Shown: positions 34,444 through 48,452, counted from the first letter of the stretch. The stretch: 64,000 bases of DNA from Octopus sinensis (GCF_006345805.1 NC_043001.1:84630001-84694000); one strand, 5' to 3'. The notes: generated by a model not told the origin, from the sequence alone. Made by a program: numbers and translations.

Positions 34444-34534
34444 CCTACGCTGATAAGAAAAGAAGTTGGGTAAGATATAATTATCTAATTCTTATGCTTT
34501 CCTAAAACTTAATTTCGAAACGTACGTCCGTAGG
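34444..34534 (+). ncRNA. Type-I hammerhead motif with G8A core
   Basis: cctacg-CTGATAA-gaaaagaagtt...aacttaatttc-GAAA-cgtacg-TC-cgtagg; perfect 6-bp helix I, palindromic helix III ACGTACGT, GUC triplet. Confidence 0.7.
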
Positions 34535-34820
34535 TGACTTAAAATTGTATGATAGATTGCCGTCATTTCATTCTCTCTTACCTGTCTGTGTTTGCCTTTC
34601 AAGTGCTGTGTTTTTACTGAGATCTCCCTTTTAGTAGAAAGAATAGCTATAACTCTTTGACTGCTATTTCTAAATTCGGTGTGTGGTGAGGCAATTCGTT
34701 GCTAAACCCTTAATTACTTAGTATTACTTAAACTTTCCTCGAATGAGGCTTTTACATGCCGAAATCTACTTGGTGTAATTAATGATTATTCCAAATTAAT
34801 TAATTTCACCCTATATTATT

Positions 34821-34855
<35 letters not shown>

Positions 34856-36283
34856 CAATCACACATACTCAATGTATATGTTTCATTTATTCACCGGTTC
34901 CCTGCAGCATGGTGCTTGGGAAATGAATCCCTCATAAGACTGGATGTAAAAACACATGAAAGTAAGAGACTGAGGTAATAGATATCGATATTTCGCTATT
35001 TTTGTGGCTTAGCAACATTACATGCTTGAATCGAAACACGGACGAACAGAATCACTGTATTATGACTACATATAAATAGTGTAAGAGCTGTATTTTCGCT
35101 TGTTCACCGGCTCGCTGCGGAATATAGTTTTGGGGAACGACTCCTTCATAACTCTGGATGTTAGAACACCAGAAAGCCATAGATAGGTGAGACAGTTCAG
35201 CTCCATTTGAATATACATACATATATACACACAAACACACACATACACAGATATATATATATTTATATATATACATATATATAGTTAATCTAAACAAGAA
35301 AACACAAAAAAACAAAAAAAAAACACAGCAACCCGAGGACGTGGAACAAATAAAGTATTATTGGACGCTCAGGAAAGAAGGGAAGAAGGAGGGTACACAT
35401 AAATACATACATGGTGGCTGCCCCCTCGTTATCGAGTATGGCCATTGCACGTAGCTTAATCAATGTTGTTATCGTGCGATGCCTGTGCAAGAAGATTGTT
35501 TTAAAGTGTGGAAAGGCTGTGCACTGAGTCAATCCCACTCACTAAGAAACAGCAGCCATAATCCGAAAAGAATAACAAGTCAACATCATTGGTAACCACT
35601 GAGCCGCAGGTTTTATCTCGGAGTTATCCCAGTTTCCTGAGTGACCTTCTCCTAGAAGGATGCCCTAACAAAGGCTAGGAGTCCTTCACTCCCAATGGCT
35701 TAACCGCGCGATCGGGTATTCAGTCCGATTATTTCTATGTCCCCGCGCATGATACAACCTTAAGACATTTATTGGATGGCCGTTGAATCTTAAGAGTCTC
35801 TCCGCCCTTTGACGGGTTTTATTTTTCATCCCGCAGAGTGTCCAATAAACACCCTCCTCACCAAGCAAGCTTGGTGGGGTTGCCGGTTTAGTCGCCGACG
35901 ACCTGACCATGCAACAGGTGTACTGGGTTATATGTTACCAGTAGCACTCGAAAGTGACCTGACCATGAGATTGCACCTAGAAAGTTACCCTCCCATGCAT
36001 AAGTCCGGCAAGATTGTTTATGGAAGACCAGCAGTCGCCCATGTATACCACCAGTGCTATCTAAGGGAAAGGCAAAGGCCTATACAGCTTGTCACCTGTT
36101 ACGATTCGACTCATTTCTACAGCTGAGTGGACCGGAGCAACGTGAATTAAAGTGTCTTGTTCAAGAACACAACACTGTCAGGGATTCGAACTCACGACAT
36201 CACGCTCGTCAGCCCGACGCTCTAACCACTGAGACATGCGCCATCACAATACATACATATATATGTGTGTATATATATATATA

Positions 36284-37458
36284 TACGAGGGGCGTTCAAT
36301 AAGTAATGCCCCTGACCCACTTCCCTAGCAGTAGAGCAACGAAACTTGGCACAGTTATTAGTCTTTTTCTACATAGGAACCACCCAGAGTTACGCATTTC
36401 TCCCATTGTTTGATGCAGCTCTGGAGACCGTTTTTGTAGAAGACCCCAGCTTGGTCCTCCAACATCAACGTGACTTCAGAAATCAAGGCTGCATCATCTG
36501 GGAAACGCTTTCCTTTCAAAAACAATTTAATGACTGGGAAGAGGTGAAAATCAGAGGGTGCAAGGTCAGGAAAGTAGGGGGATGGGGGAGGAGTTCATAG
36601 CCATACGCCTATGCTTCTGATCTGGCGACAAGCGAGTTGTGTACCGGAGCGTTGTCCTGCAGGAGGAGGATGCCTTTGCTGATCTTGCCCCGCCTCTTGA
36701 TTTTGATAACTTCTCTTAATTTCCCCAAAAGTGAAGCATAATAGGCTCCTGCAATTGTGGTACCCTTTGCCAGGAAATCTGTCATCACTACTCCGTCCTG
36801 GTCCCAGAAGACTGTGAGCATGACCTTGCCAGCGGAGGGCTGCACCCTTGCCTTCTTTGGAGGGGGTGAGTCACGGTGCTTCCACTGAATTGACTGGGCT
36901 TTGGTCTCTGGATCATCGTGATGGACCCAGGTTTCATCCTGTGTAATCAGTCTTTTGAAAAATTTTGACTCATCTTCTTGGCACATCTCCAAATTCACCC
37001 TCAAGCACTCGACGCGTTCTTGCTTCTGGAAAGGCGTGAGCAACCTGAGAATCCATCTGGCAGACACCTTTTGCATATGCAAATGGTCATGAATGATAGT
37101 TTCCACAGACCCGGTACTAATCTTGACCTCATGGGCTATTTGGCGAATAGTTATGCGTCGATCTTCCAAAATGGCAGCCTCAACTTAACAGACAGATGCC
37201 TCATCAATGGCAGAAGGGGCGAGCAGATCTGGGAGCTGTTTCCACAGAGTTCTGACCATGTTTGAATTCACGGTGCCAGCGTTTTACAAGGTCATATGAT
37301 GGGGCATCATCACCATAAGTTACTTTCATTTCATCAAAAGTCTCCCGTGGTGTGCGTCCTTTCAAATACAAAAACCGGATCACTGCTCGACACTCAACAG
37401 GCTCCATTTCACACTTGACTCGGTTCAAACACCTGTAAATCAGAAACCACAATTAATT
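36284..37458 (-). mobile_element. Mariner (DD34D) transposon, inactive, 5' TIR missing
   Basis: TIR TACGAGGGGCGTTCAATAAGTAATGC at 36284; HTH ORF 37204-37452; TQDETW and QDNAP...PDLAPSD give 34-residue spacing after correcting one stop and one frameshift. Confidence 0.92.
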
Positions 37459-37463
37459 TTCCG

Positions 37464-37831
37464 GATGTTCAGGAAAATGGACTTCCAGATGACTGCAAAG
37501 CTGTTGTTAACTTGGCAGGCGAGAACTTAATGAATCCATTAAGAAGGTGGAAAGCAGGTTTTGAGAAAGATCTTTATGACAGTCGTATTAAAACTACCAA
37601 AACTTTGCTAATAGCTATTTCAAGTGCCAGACACCTCCAGAAGTATTTGTAGGTACATCTGCCATAGGCTTCTATGCTCCTGATGATGAGAACAGTTATA
37701 CTGAATACAGTCCGGGTGGCGACCACGACTTTCTGTCTAGGCTCTGCTCCGAATGGGAGACAGCATCAACATTAGGTCCCTCCCTCACCAACATTGTACG
37801 ACGGGTTATTATCGGAGTTGATGTGGTACTC
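37464..37831 (+). pseudogene. SDR39U1: Frameshifted fragment of an epimerase-family SDR39U1 (TIGR01777/YfcH-like) gene
   Basis: Translates as DVQENGLPDDCKAVVNLAGENLMNPLRRWKAGFEKDLYDSRIKTTKTL... then a frameshift at ~37633 to PEVFVGTSAIGFYAPDDENSYTEYSPGGDHDFLSRLCSEWETASTL...VRRVIIGVDVVL*; matches recalled family motifs VNLAGENILNPLRRW, SPGGD.DF and WE. Confidence 0.85.
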
Positions 37832-38131
37832 TAATTATTCTTGGTGTATTATTACTGCTGACAGTTATAGAAATAATAATGAAAAGACGAGAGATTGCAG
37901 CTGAAAAATCGGAAATCCACCTGAAGATTGTCATTTGAAGACATGAAACAATTGTAGTGGCGGTTTTTTTTACTTTTTATTAAACTTTTATGTATTGATT
38001 AAGTCTTTCCTTGTTTGTTTTGCAAAATAGTGGTTTTGTCTCTAATTAATATTATATAATATTTTACTATAAAATTGGATTTAATCCTAAATCTGATTTT
38101 TCCCTGTAAATTTTGATTTATTCCCTAATAT

Positions 38132-38162
<31 letters not shown>

Positions 38163-38310
38163 TATATATTATCTATATATATATATATATATTATATATT
38201 ATATATATATATATATTATATTATATATATATATATATAATATATATATTATATATATATTATATATATACATATATATATATATATAATATATATATAT
38301 ATAATATATA

Positions 38311-38387
<77 letters not shown>

Positions 38388-39337
38388 AGTTGAAATATAC
38401 AGAACCAAAATAGCAAAAGACGAAGACAGGTGTGTATGACTGAGAAGCAGGTGTATTAGTTTGGCGCTCGGGAAATTGAAAAAGTCTTTTACGCTTTGAG
38501 CCTACGTGTAAAAGAAAAACGAGAAAGAAATACGAGAAAATAAACAGAGAGAGAATGAAAAAAAAACCTGTGGATTTAGCAGTGAAGCATATATATACAG
38601 GGTGACCCCAAAATAGGTTTACAGTTATTCAACAATCTCTTTCGCATTCATATATTTACAGTTTAGATCTTAATTATAAAAAAATATATGAAACCATTAT
38701 TCTATGCTAATTTAGTTAATTGTAAGATAGAAATTTAAATGTAATAAAATGACTGAAAAGAAATTTAAAGTGCCTTCGTGAATACCGTAAAACTACTCTC
38801 GGGCCACAATGTGTGTATGTATATATATTCTCTTTTACTCTTTTACTCTTTTACTTGTTTCAGTCATTTGACTGCGGCCATGCTGGAGCACCGCCTTTAG
38901 TCGAGCAAATCGACCCCAGTACTTATTCTATCGGTCTCTTTTGCCGAACCGCTAAGTGACGGGGACGTAAACACACCAGCATCGGTTGTCAAGCAATGCT
39001 AGGGGGACAAACACACAGACACACAAACACACACACACATATATATATATATACATATATACGACAGGCTTCTTTCAGTTTCCGTCTACCAAATCCACTC
39101 ACAAGGCATTGGTCGGTCCGGGGCTATAGCAGAAGACACTTGCCCAAGATGCCACGCAGTGGGACTGAACCCGGAACCATGTGGTTGGTTAGCATGCTAC
39201 TTACCACACAGCCACTCCTGCATATATTATATATATATATTACATATCTATATAATATATATATATATATTTACCATAAATACATACATACATATATATA
39301 TATACATACATAATAATATACATACATATATATATAT

Positions 39338-39414
<77 letters not shown>

Positions 39415-39514
39415 TATTATATCTATATATATATATATATATATATAATATACATATATATACACACACACACACACCCACACACACACATATATATATA
39501 TACATTTTTATATA

Positions 39515-41099
39515 CAGTTGCGGCCAAAATGTTCAGAACGGCATTGTTTTCGTCAGAAAAGTAGGTATAAGTTTCACAGACAATAAATACAATATTAATT
39601 GATATTGTCTGAGATTTTGGTGTAATTTGAGTGGATGAAATAAAAGTTATGGATGATATAGTGATTTACTGCAAAACCCATGGTGGCCAAAATGATCAGA
39701 ACGGAACAAACTAATCAAAAAGTGACAGAGAATGCTGGAATTATTTCATATTTAGTGTGAAGCCCTTTAGCTTCAATCAAAGTTTGACATTTTTGACTAC
39801 ACGGGGAAATTAAATTTTCTATTTCTTGCCGGGTGATCTTATTCCATTCTTCCTGGAGGGCATTCCATAATTGCTCGGTTGTTTTAGGATTTCTGGCTTT
39901 CAAACGTTCTCCTAGAATATTCCACACATTTTCAATAGGATTGAGGTCTGGGCTTTGAGCAGGCCAATCCATAACAATAACCTTTTCAGCCTTGAGGAAG
40001 TTCATGACCGCCTTAGCCTTGTGACATGGGGCATTGTCCTGCATGAATATGGGTGGTCGCTTAGTGGAATTTCTCAGCTCAGGCAAGACATGATCTTTTA
40101 CAAGTTGTTTATAAACTTCTGCATTTACCTTTCCATGTAATCGCAACAAAGAGCCTACAACATCTCCAGATATCAAACCCCAAACCATGACACTTCCTCC
40201 ACCGAATTTAACACTAGTTTAAGGCATTTAGGTGACAATTTTTCACCTGCTTTTCGACGAACGTACCTTTTCCCATCTGAGCCAAATAACATAGACTTAG
40301 ATTCATCTCTGAAATGCACCGTTTGCCATTTTTCTTGAGACCACAACACATGTTCGGTTGCAAAGGTAAGACGACACTTTTTATTCCTGGAGCTGATCAG
40401 TGGCTTCACTGCAGGTGCTCTTGCTTGTAGGTCATGTTCAACTAAAGGACGAACACAGTTTTTCGAGATAAAGTTTTCTTCAGTACAATGCTCATTTCCG
40501 AAAACACAGCAGCAGTTTTAAATCTGTCCTTTATAACCAACTTTACCATAGCATGATCTTCTCTCTTGGTCGTTTTTCTTGGCCTACCTGTAGACTTTCT
40601 TGCTTCACACGAACCACAATCATAGTAGACCTTAAGAATACCGTGAACAACACTTTTTGACTTGTTAACAATCTTTGCAATAGACCTAATACTTAAATTA
40701 TCCTTCTTTCGTAGCTTAATAATCTGCTGACGAATTGGTAATGGAGTAAGTGGCATTATATTAACAAAGTACACTGCAGATATTTTTACTAATGTTTAGT
40801 AAACGAACTGTCACGTAAACAAATTAAAAACATTAGAGTTCGACGGTTAAATATACTAAAACATGGAGTAAAAGCAACCGTTCTGATCAATTTGGCCGCC
40901 ATTGGTTTTGCAGTAAATCACTATATCGTCCATAACTTTTTTCATTATCCTCTCAAATTACACCAAAATCTCAGACAATAACAAATCCTATCGTATTTAT
41001 TGTCTGTGAAAATTATAGAATATAATAAAACTTTGATAAAAACTTATACCTACTTTTCTGATGAAAACAATGCCGTTCTGAACATTTTGGCCGCAACTG
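39515..41099 (-). mobile_element. Full-length Tc1 (DD34E) element with IR/DR-type long TIRs, frameshifted
   Basis: TA|CAGTTGCGGCCAAAATGTTCAGAACGG ... CCGTTCTGAACATTTTGGCCGCAACTG|TA; TIRs 39515-39704 and 40878-41099; ORF pieces 40442-40774, 40173-40409 and 39715-40188 with GRPRK, FRDESK and QDNAP-(34)-E. Confidence 0.95.
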
Positions 41100-41102
41100 T
41101 AT

Positions 41103-41770
41103 AACTAATGTAGGATAAAATTTTGTTCCGAAAAAAAATTTTATCAATGGCCAGCATATCAGAAAATACCTTTAAAGGTTAAATTTATAAATAACATAGA
41201 AAATAAATGCAAAAGAAAAATTCTAATGCCAAATATGCCGAAAAAGGCAAAATTGTCAATAACCATTATAATTTAAGCGTCTCGAAACAAGCCGATAGAA
41301 ATTTCTAAAAATATCCGTTATTACCGTATTGGTCCCAATTTCGGGGTTAATTCATAAGAATTTTCACCTCCTCAGCGATAAATACGTAAGACATAAATGA
41401 AATACTTACTCATACCCATGGTAAAAGCAAGCACTAAGTCCTGAGCAGACCTAAGTACCCCAAATATATCCAAAATAGAAAATCTTCGGCACATGTCGAG
41501 ACACGTGTGATCCAAACTAGAAACTTTCACAGAGAGAATCCGGAAGTGAACACTATTAAATTTACTATTGTATTAATAAACTAATGTAGGATAAAATTTT
41601 TTTCGAAAAAAAAAGTTTTATCAATGGCCAGCATATCAAAACATACCTTTAAAGGTTAAATTTATAAATAACATAAAATAAGGGCAAAAGAAAAATTCTA
41701 ATGCCAAATATGCCGAAAAAGACAAAATTGTCAATAAGCGTCTCGAAACAAGCCGATAGAAATTTCTAAA
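41103..41770. repeat. Partial tandem repeat (period ~476 bp) containing a hammerhead motif; pLTR- or retrozyme-like
   Basis: 41103-41310 is repeated at 41579-41770. Confidence 0.8.
41321..41381 (-). ncRNA. Type-I hammerhead ribozyme, canonical core
   Basis: Minus strand ttatcg-CTGAGGA-ggtgaaaattc(ttat)gaattaacccc-GAAA-ttgg(ga)ccaa-TA-cggtaa; 6-bp helix I, 5-bp helix III, AUA triplet. Confidence 0.75.
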
Positions 41771-42477
41771 AAGCAGGATCATCTGCATTGAAGAAATTGT
41801 GTCTCAATGTTCTTTATAATTTATTAAAACTCCGTGTGCAACGCATGACTAGAATGTAACCCTACTACGATCTACACAAACACGTTTTATATATGAACAG
41901 TCACACCATCTTACCTGCATTTCACTAAAAATGAATAAATATAAATTATCTCAGAAAAGTTATTTTCTTCAGAGATTGCATAATTTTTATGAATAATGTT
42001 TACTATTCATATCGGACTGCCGACATTGTCGTCGTTTCCACTGTGAGAGGAAAATATCTGATCGTAATGATAAAAAGCGTTTGTGTAGCCGTCAGTGGTA
42101 TTTTTATTTCGACCGTATAACAACGCAACAAAATGCAGTTTATATTAAACTCTACTGATTCTACCAAACAACTATCCTTTTTATATTTATATCTTAGAGA
42201 GTTTCATGTCTTCTGCCCTAAGCGAAGTATTTAATCCTTACTTAGTTCGGATCTTATCGGTTTGGATGCTAGCATTTCAAAAATTCAAGTTCGTCGAAAA
42301 TTTTAAAATTTGGCGCAATAATACACTTTTCCAAACGGAATTGCTGGAGTTATATCACTTTCTCCAGAAAAATGATTTTAAAAAATTATAGAGGTTTAAA
42401 TTTTGATCATTTTCACCCAGTCAGGAAAAAAGGACAAAAAGAAACGTGTACACAAACATTTAAGCATTCGATATGCA

Positions 42478-43070
42478 AGGCGGCTAGCCGGCAGAAACGT
42501 TAGTACTCCGGGCGAAATGCCTAGCGGTATTTTGTCTGCCGTTACGTTCTGAGTTCAAATTCCGCCGAGGTCGACTTTGCCTTTCATCCTTTCGGGGTCG
42601 ATAAATAAGTACCAGCTACGCACTGGGTCGATATAATCGACTTAATCCGTTTGTCTCTCCTTGTTTGTCCTCTCTGTGTTTAGCTCCTTGTAGGTAGTAA
42701 AGAAATAGAAATAGGTATTTCGTCTGCCGTTACGTTCTGAGTTCAAATTCCGCCGAGGTCGACTTTGTCTTTCATCCTTTCGGGGTCGATTAAATAGGTA
42801 CCAGTTGCGCACTGGGGTCGATTTTATCGACTTAATCCGTTTGTCTGTTATTGTGGGCAGTAAAGAGATAAGGGACGTTAGCACGTCGGGCGAAATACTT
42901 AGCGGTATTTCGTCTGCCTTTACGTTCTGAATTCAAATTCTGCCGACGTCGATTTTGCCTTTCATCCTTTCGAGATCGATAAAATGTGTACAGTTGCGTA
43001 CTGGGGGGGGGGGTTAGACCTAATCGACTGGCCTCTATCCCAAAATTTCGGACCTTGTGCCTAGAGTAGA
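42478..43070 (+). mobile_element. Multimeric SINE array
   Basis: Same architecture as 11230-11790. Confidence 0.75.
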
Positions 43071-44426
43071 AAAGAATATGCATTTAATGCGATAAATACA
43101 TTACAATTTTAAAGAGAGATTTGGAAAAATTAGATGAAAGTTCTCCGGTAATTTTCTGTCATGTAAATAAATGTTTATGTTAATTTTAAAATTTGCCAAC
43201 AAAATCTTATAAAATGACAATGTTTCAAAAGATGTACACGTTTATATGTTAAATATGAAAATAAGAGTGAACAAAATATGCTTAAAAAACAAACACTTAA
43301 GCATACAATGAGCAACGTATTACAAATTATTTTTGATCGAATGTATTTCTAACTTGCGATTTTAATTTTAAAACTATCCTCCTCTGTTTTCAATGTTTCT
43401 ATAATAGAAGCGAAGTTACTGGAGCTTGTTGCCATAGTCACGCAAAACACAGAACACAAAATCAAATTTGTCAACACGTGCTTCCTTGCAGATAAAAGAC
43501 TTCGCAAAGACTGCTCGGTTTCGCTTTTTACTATGGCAACAGGCACGTGCTTTCTCGCAGACAAAAGCCTGCTCATGTTCCGCTTCTTACTATAGAAACA
43601 GACATGAATGTGTCTGTGATTTACGATTAGCTAAAATTACCAAAATTTTCAAACTTTAATTCATAATTTATTATTTATAGCGAACATTACTTTCTCCATT
43701 AATTGACCTATAAAAGTGTATTGTTACACTGAATATGGAATCAGTTCGAACAGAATTGATGCTGGCAGCCAGACCGACTAGATCCCTTAGTTCTAATAAG
43801 GGAGGCGTGTGACCTTGAGGTTAAGGAGCTGGACTCATGATCGTAAGATTGTGGTTCGATTCCTGGAGCAGGTGTTGCGTTGTCCCAGCCCAGTCAGCTG
43901 GAACAAATGAGTATTCCTAAAAAGGCCCGACGTCCCGTCTTCAGGGGTGGCTGGGATATATGTGCCACCGCTTCTTTAGTTCTAATGTAACTATTAACTT
44001 TGTAATATACTATATACCTAAGATACGAACATTATCAAAATTTTAATACACACACAGACAGTCATATTTATATGTTATTTATATTATATTATATTAGATA
44101 TATTATATTATATTATATATATATATGTATATCGTATGGGAGATAGAGATATATACATAGAGATAATGAATATATAAATATATTTATCGATACACACATG
44201 CAAATGCTGTGTGAGTGTGTATGTGTAATATGAATGTGTGTGTGTGTGTGTGTGTGTGTGAGTGAGTGACTCGTTGATTAAATCGTCTGGGGAAATATGA
44301 ATTCCTACAGAATATGAAGTTTACAAATCATTTATTCAGATTGTCTATGTGTTTATCTATCTATCTAACTATCGATCTATCTATCTATCTCTATCTATCT
44401 ATCTATCTCTATCTATCTATCTATCG

Positions 44427-44488
<62 letters not shown>

Positions 44489-44499
44489 GCTTATATATA

Positions 44500-44551
<52 letters not shown>

Positions 44552-45682
44552 GATAGATTTTCATTTGTGTGTGTGTGTGTTCATGTATATGTACACAACA
44601 TCCACACATACACACACACATATATAAATTCTACTTTCAACAATAAGATGTCACCACTCCGACCCTCTAACCCCCTACTCGTACTAGTCATCACGGCCAC
44701 GGAAATAGCAATGCTCCTCCCCCGCACCCCACAACGTACTCCACGAATACCACCACCACCACCACCACCACCACCACCACCACTGCCACCGCCAACACAG
44801 TTATCACCGCCGCCGCCCCAAATAGCACAATTAGGACAGGAAAACAATAACAACAACAAATAAAAGAGCGTTAATAGTAACAACAAGAATGACGAAAACA
44901 ACGACAACAACAAAAGAGAAAAGGAGAATAAAAGTAAATTAGGGTAATTTGGTAGATGAGCTTCCTGTCTTTGACTGCTTCGGTAAGCGGTCATTTTCCT
45001 TCAGTTCATTATCTTAGTGACCGTTTGCTGACCGAAATATAGTACCTGGTACACTTGCTGATTACTGTCTTGTAACCATTTCATTTGGAACGCTACCACC
45101 TCATTCCAAAGGAAAATGGAACCATGTACTCCGGTATGATCATGGTATTTTCAGAACTGATTGCTAGTTTGGACAGTGAGTGCTTGGATCGAGTGAGTTT
45201 GTTAATCTCATTTCGAATCTCTGTTTGGGAAAATACAAGGAAATAAATTTTTAAAATTGATGATTTCTTCTTTGCTGAGTGTATGTATATAAACTGGTAA
45301 AATTAGCACTGTGTGCCTGTCTTGGAGGTCCCGCAATCGAATCGTGGTAACATCTCTAGCTAATAAATTAAAAAGAATTGATGATGAATTCGTCCGGTTT
45401 GCCGCTTTAAATTCGTTCGTTTTGCTGCCTTTCATTCATTCGAAGTCTTTTACACGTTTCAGTCATTGACCTGCGCCCATACGGGGCACCAATTGCAAGG
45501 GTTTAGTCGAACAACCAATACCATTAATTATTTCTTTTAAATCTTGGCACTATTCTCACTTTTGCCAAACCGCTAGGTTACGGGGTCATCAAGAAACCAA
45601 AGCTAGTTGTCAAGCGGTCATGGAGGACAAACACAAGGACACACACACGAACACACCCACACACACTTATATATATATAGAC

Positions 45683-45724
<42 letters not shown>

Positions 45725-45767
45725 TATAGGATATATATATATGTTGAATTTCTGCTGCTTAAATAAA

Positions 45768-45802
<35 letters not shown>

Positions 45803-46033
45803 TAATTTAGGGTATCTAAGAGATACCAATACGCTGAAATAGCAACCAAACCGCATTAAAGTAAAACTTTAATGTGGCTTTAGGTCAAGTTTTGGCTGCT
45901 ATTTCAAGCGTGGTGTATATCTAAGCTAGCCTAAATTATAATTTTGATAATAATTATTACCTTTTAAGGCATTCCCATGCTGGCCACTTGATAAGTTCGA
46001 TATTTAAATAACGATCTTATCCTTATTTTATAA

Positions 46034-46105
<72 letters not shown>

Positions 46106-46174
46106 TATGCTTATAAACACCTTCCATGCAATTGTTTTCGTTTCAGCACACGATTCAGATATATATGCGAGTAT

Positions 46175-46253
<79 letters not shown>

Positions 46254-46341
46254 CTTATATATCATGTATATAGATAATATATATATTATTATGTATATAT
46301 CAATATATATATAATATATTATATAGGTATAATATATAATA

Positions 46342-46405
<64 letters not shown>

Positions 46406-46504
46406 TATATAATATATATATATGAATATATATATGTATATATAATATATATAATATATATATATATGAATATATATATGTATATATATATATGTGTGTA
46501 TATA

Positions 46505-46556
<52 letters not shown>

Positions 46557-46820
46557 CGCAAGCATGACGGTGGTAAGACGCTTGCTTTCCAACAGCATGG
46601 TTCTCGGTTCAGTCCCACTGCGTAGCGTCTAGGGCGAGTGTCTTCTACTATAGGCTCAGGCATACCATAGCCTTGTAAATGGATTTGGTAGACAGAAACT
46701 GAAAAGAAGCCTGTCGAATATATGTATGTGTGTGTATGTATGTGTGTGTGTGTGTGTGTGTGTATAGTGTGATCGCTTTAACTAATTTCTTTCTAACAAA
46801 CACGCACACACACACACACG

Positions 46821-48240
46821 CAGAACTACACTAACAACTTAGGAGTAAAATTTAGGATTTCTCGGTTTTCTGTGAGTCGATTTTGATAAAAAATTTCCCA
46901 GCTGGCGCGTACACTATGACAACATCATTGTTGTGTTTTCATTATTGTGTAACGTCCTTTCTTTTTCATTTCAGATTCTTCAGTTTTGGGGTGAACCACG
47001 CTAATAGCGTCTCTCCTCTTGAAGAACGATGGGGCGTGGAAAGATCCTTAACAGTGAAGAAACGTCTGTCATCATCAAGAAAAGTACTAAAGGCACATCT
47101 CTTCATGTCATTGTGAAGTTAGGTCATCATTTTGACACAGTTAGACGATCCCTTCAGCATCCTTCGTCAAGGAAGAAACGATTCGATTGTGGGATCTCCA
47201 AGACAGCTAGAGTCTGAAGGAATATTGGCCGCAAATTTCATTGGAAACCTGAACAAACAAGCAAAGCCATTTTCATCGCCTCCGGACTCGCTCATATACC
47301 GAAAACAGAAATCGCATCCTCGGGACCATGGCTTCCTTGCGAGAACCCCTGAAACAGCCTCCTTACATGAGTTGTGTTTTATTGACTGACGAAGCCAGAG
47401 CATCCCTCGACGGACCTTGGGTAAATGGTTGGGTCTGTTTTGGGGATGAGCATCTCCAACGTTTCCGACGTCAAAGAACAGGATGGAAGAGTCATGTTGG
47501 GGGCTGGTATCATGGGGACAGAATTGTTGGCCCAGTCAAGATGCCTGCAAGGGGTTAAAGTTACTGCAATCCCCTAATTGCGGTCTTCGATCCCTGCCTA
47601 GATGACATGCAGCTGTCACTTCTAGAGAATATCGTATTCATGCATGACAACGCTCCCTCCCACTCAACTAGAATCACACCAAAATTACTAGGATCTTACA
47701 GCATAAAGATGAATGGTTGACGGTGTGGCCACCAGCATCTCCGAATTTCAACCCTATCGAAAATCTTTGGTCCATCTTTTAGCAAGATGTTTATGCCGAT
47801 GGACGCCAATCTACATCAAAAGATGTTTTATGGGTGACCATCAAAGCTGCACCAGAGTCAGTCCTATCTGCTACTATTAGGAAATTGACAGATTCCATGA
47901 CTTGTAGCGATTTTGAAGTTATCCGTTGAAATGGTGCTCATGTGGCTAAACAATTCATTGTGTGAATAAATGTTATAATATTATTATGGTTTTCTATTAA
48001 ATATATTCTCAATGTATGCTTAATACGTATCATTTTCTGAAAAACAAAATGTCTAGATAGGTTTTCATTCAAAGGCTATTAGAATTTGAAATAAAGAAGA
48101 AATGACGTTACACAGAATAATGAAAACATGACAATGCCGTTGCCACAGTGTGCAAAAACCTGAGAAAAGTTTTATCAAAATCGATTCACAGAAAACCGAG
48201 AAATCCTAAATGTCACTCCTAAGCTATTACCGTGATTCTG
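46821..48240 (+). mobile_element. Decayed Tc1-like element, probably DD37E (TRT-type)
   Basis: Diverged ~170-bp TIRs (CTTAGGAGTAAAATTTAGGATTTCTCGGTTTTCTGTGA and its inverse); MGRGKILNSEE start at 47029, LTDEARASLDGP, FMHDNAPSH and WPPASPNFNPIENLW; 110 nt between the D and E codons (37 codons if one base is restored). Confidence 0.8.
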
Positions 48241-48262
48241 GTTGCATATATACATACATACA

Positions 48263-48298
<36 letters not shown>

Positions 48299-48339
48299 TA
48301 TATATGTATATATGTACATATATATATATAATATATATA

Positions 48340-48389
<50 letters not shown>

Positions 48390-48410
48390 TATATATATAA
48401 TAAATATATA

Positions 48411-48452
<42 letters not shown>

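Noticed and set aside
44567-44863. Poly-proline ORF
   Set aside because: (CCA)n/(ACA)n simple repeats with no convincing splice sites or domain
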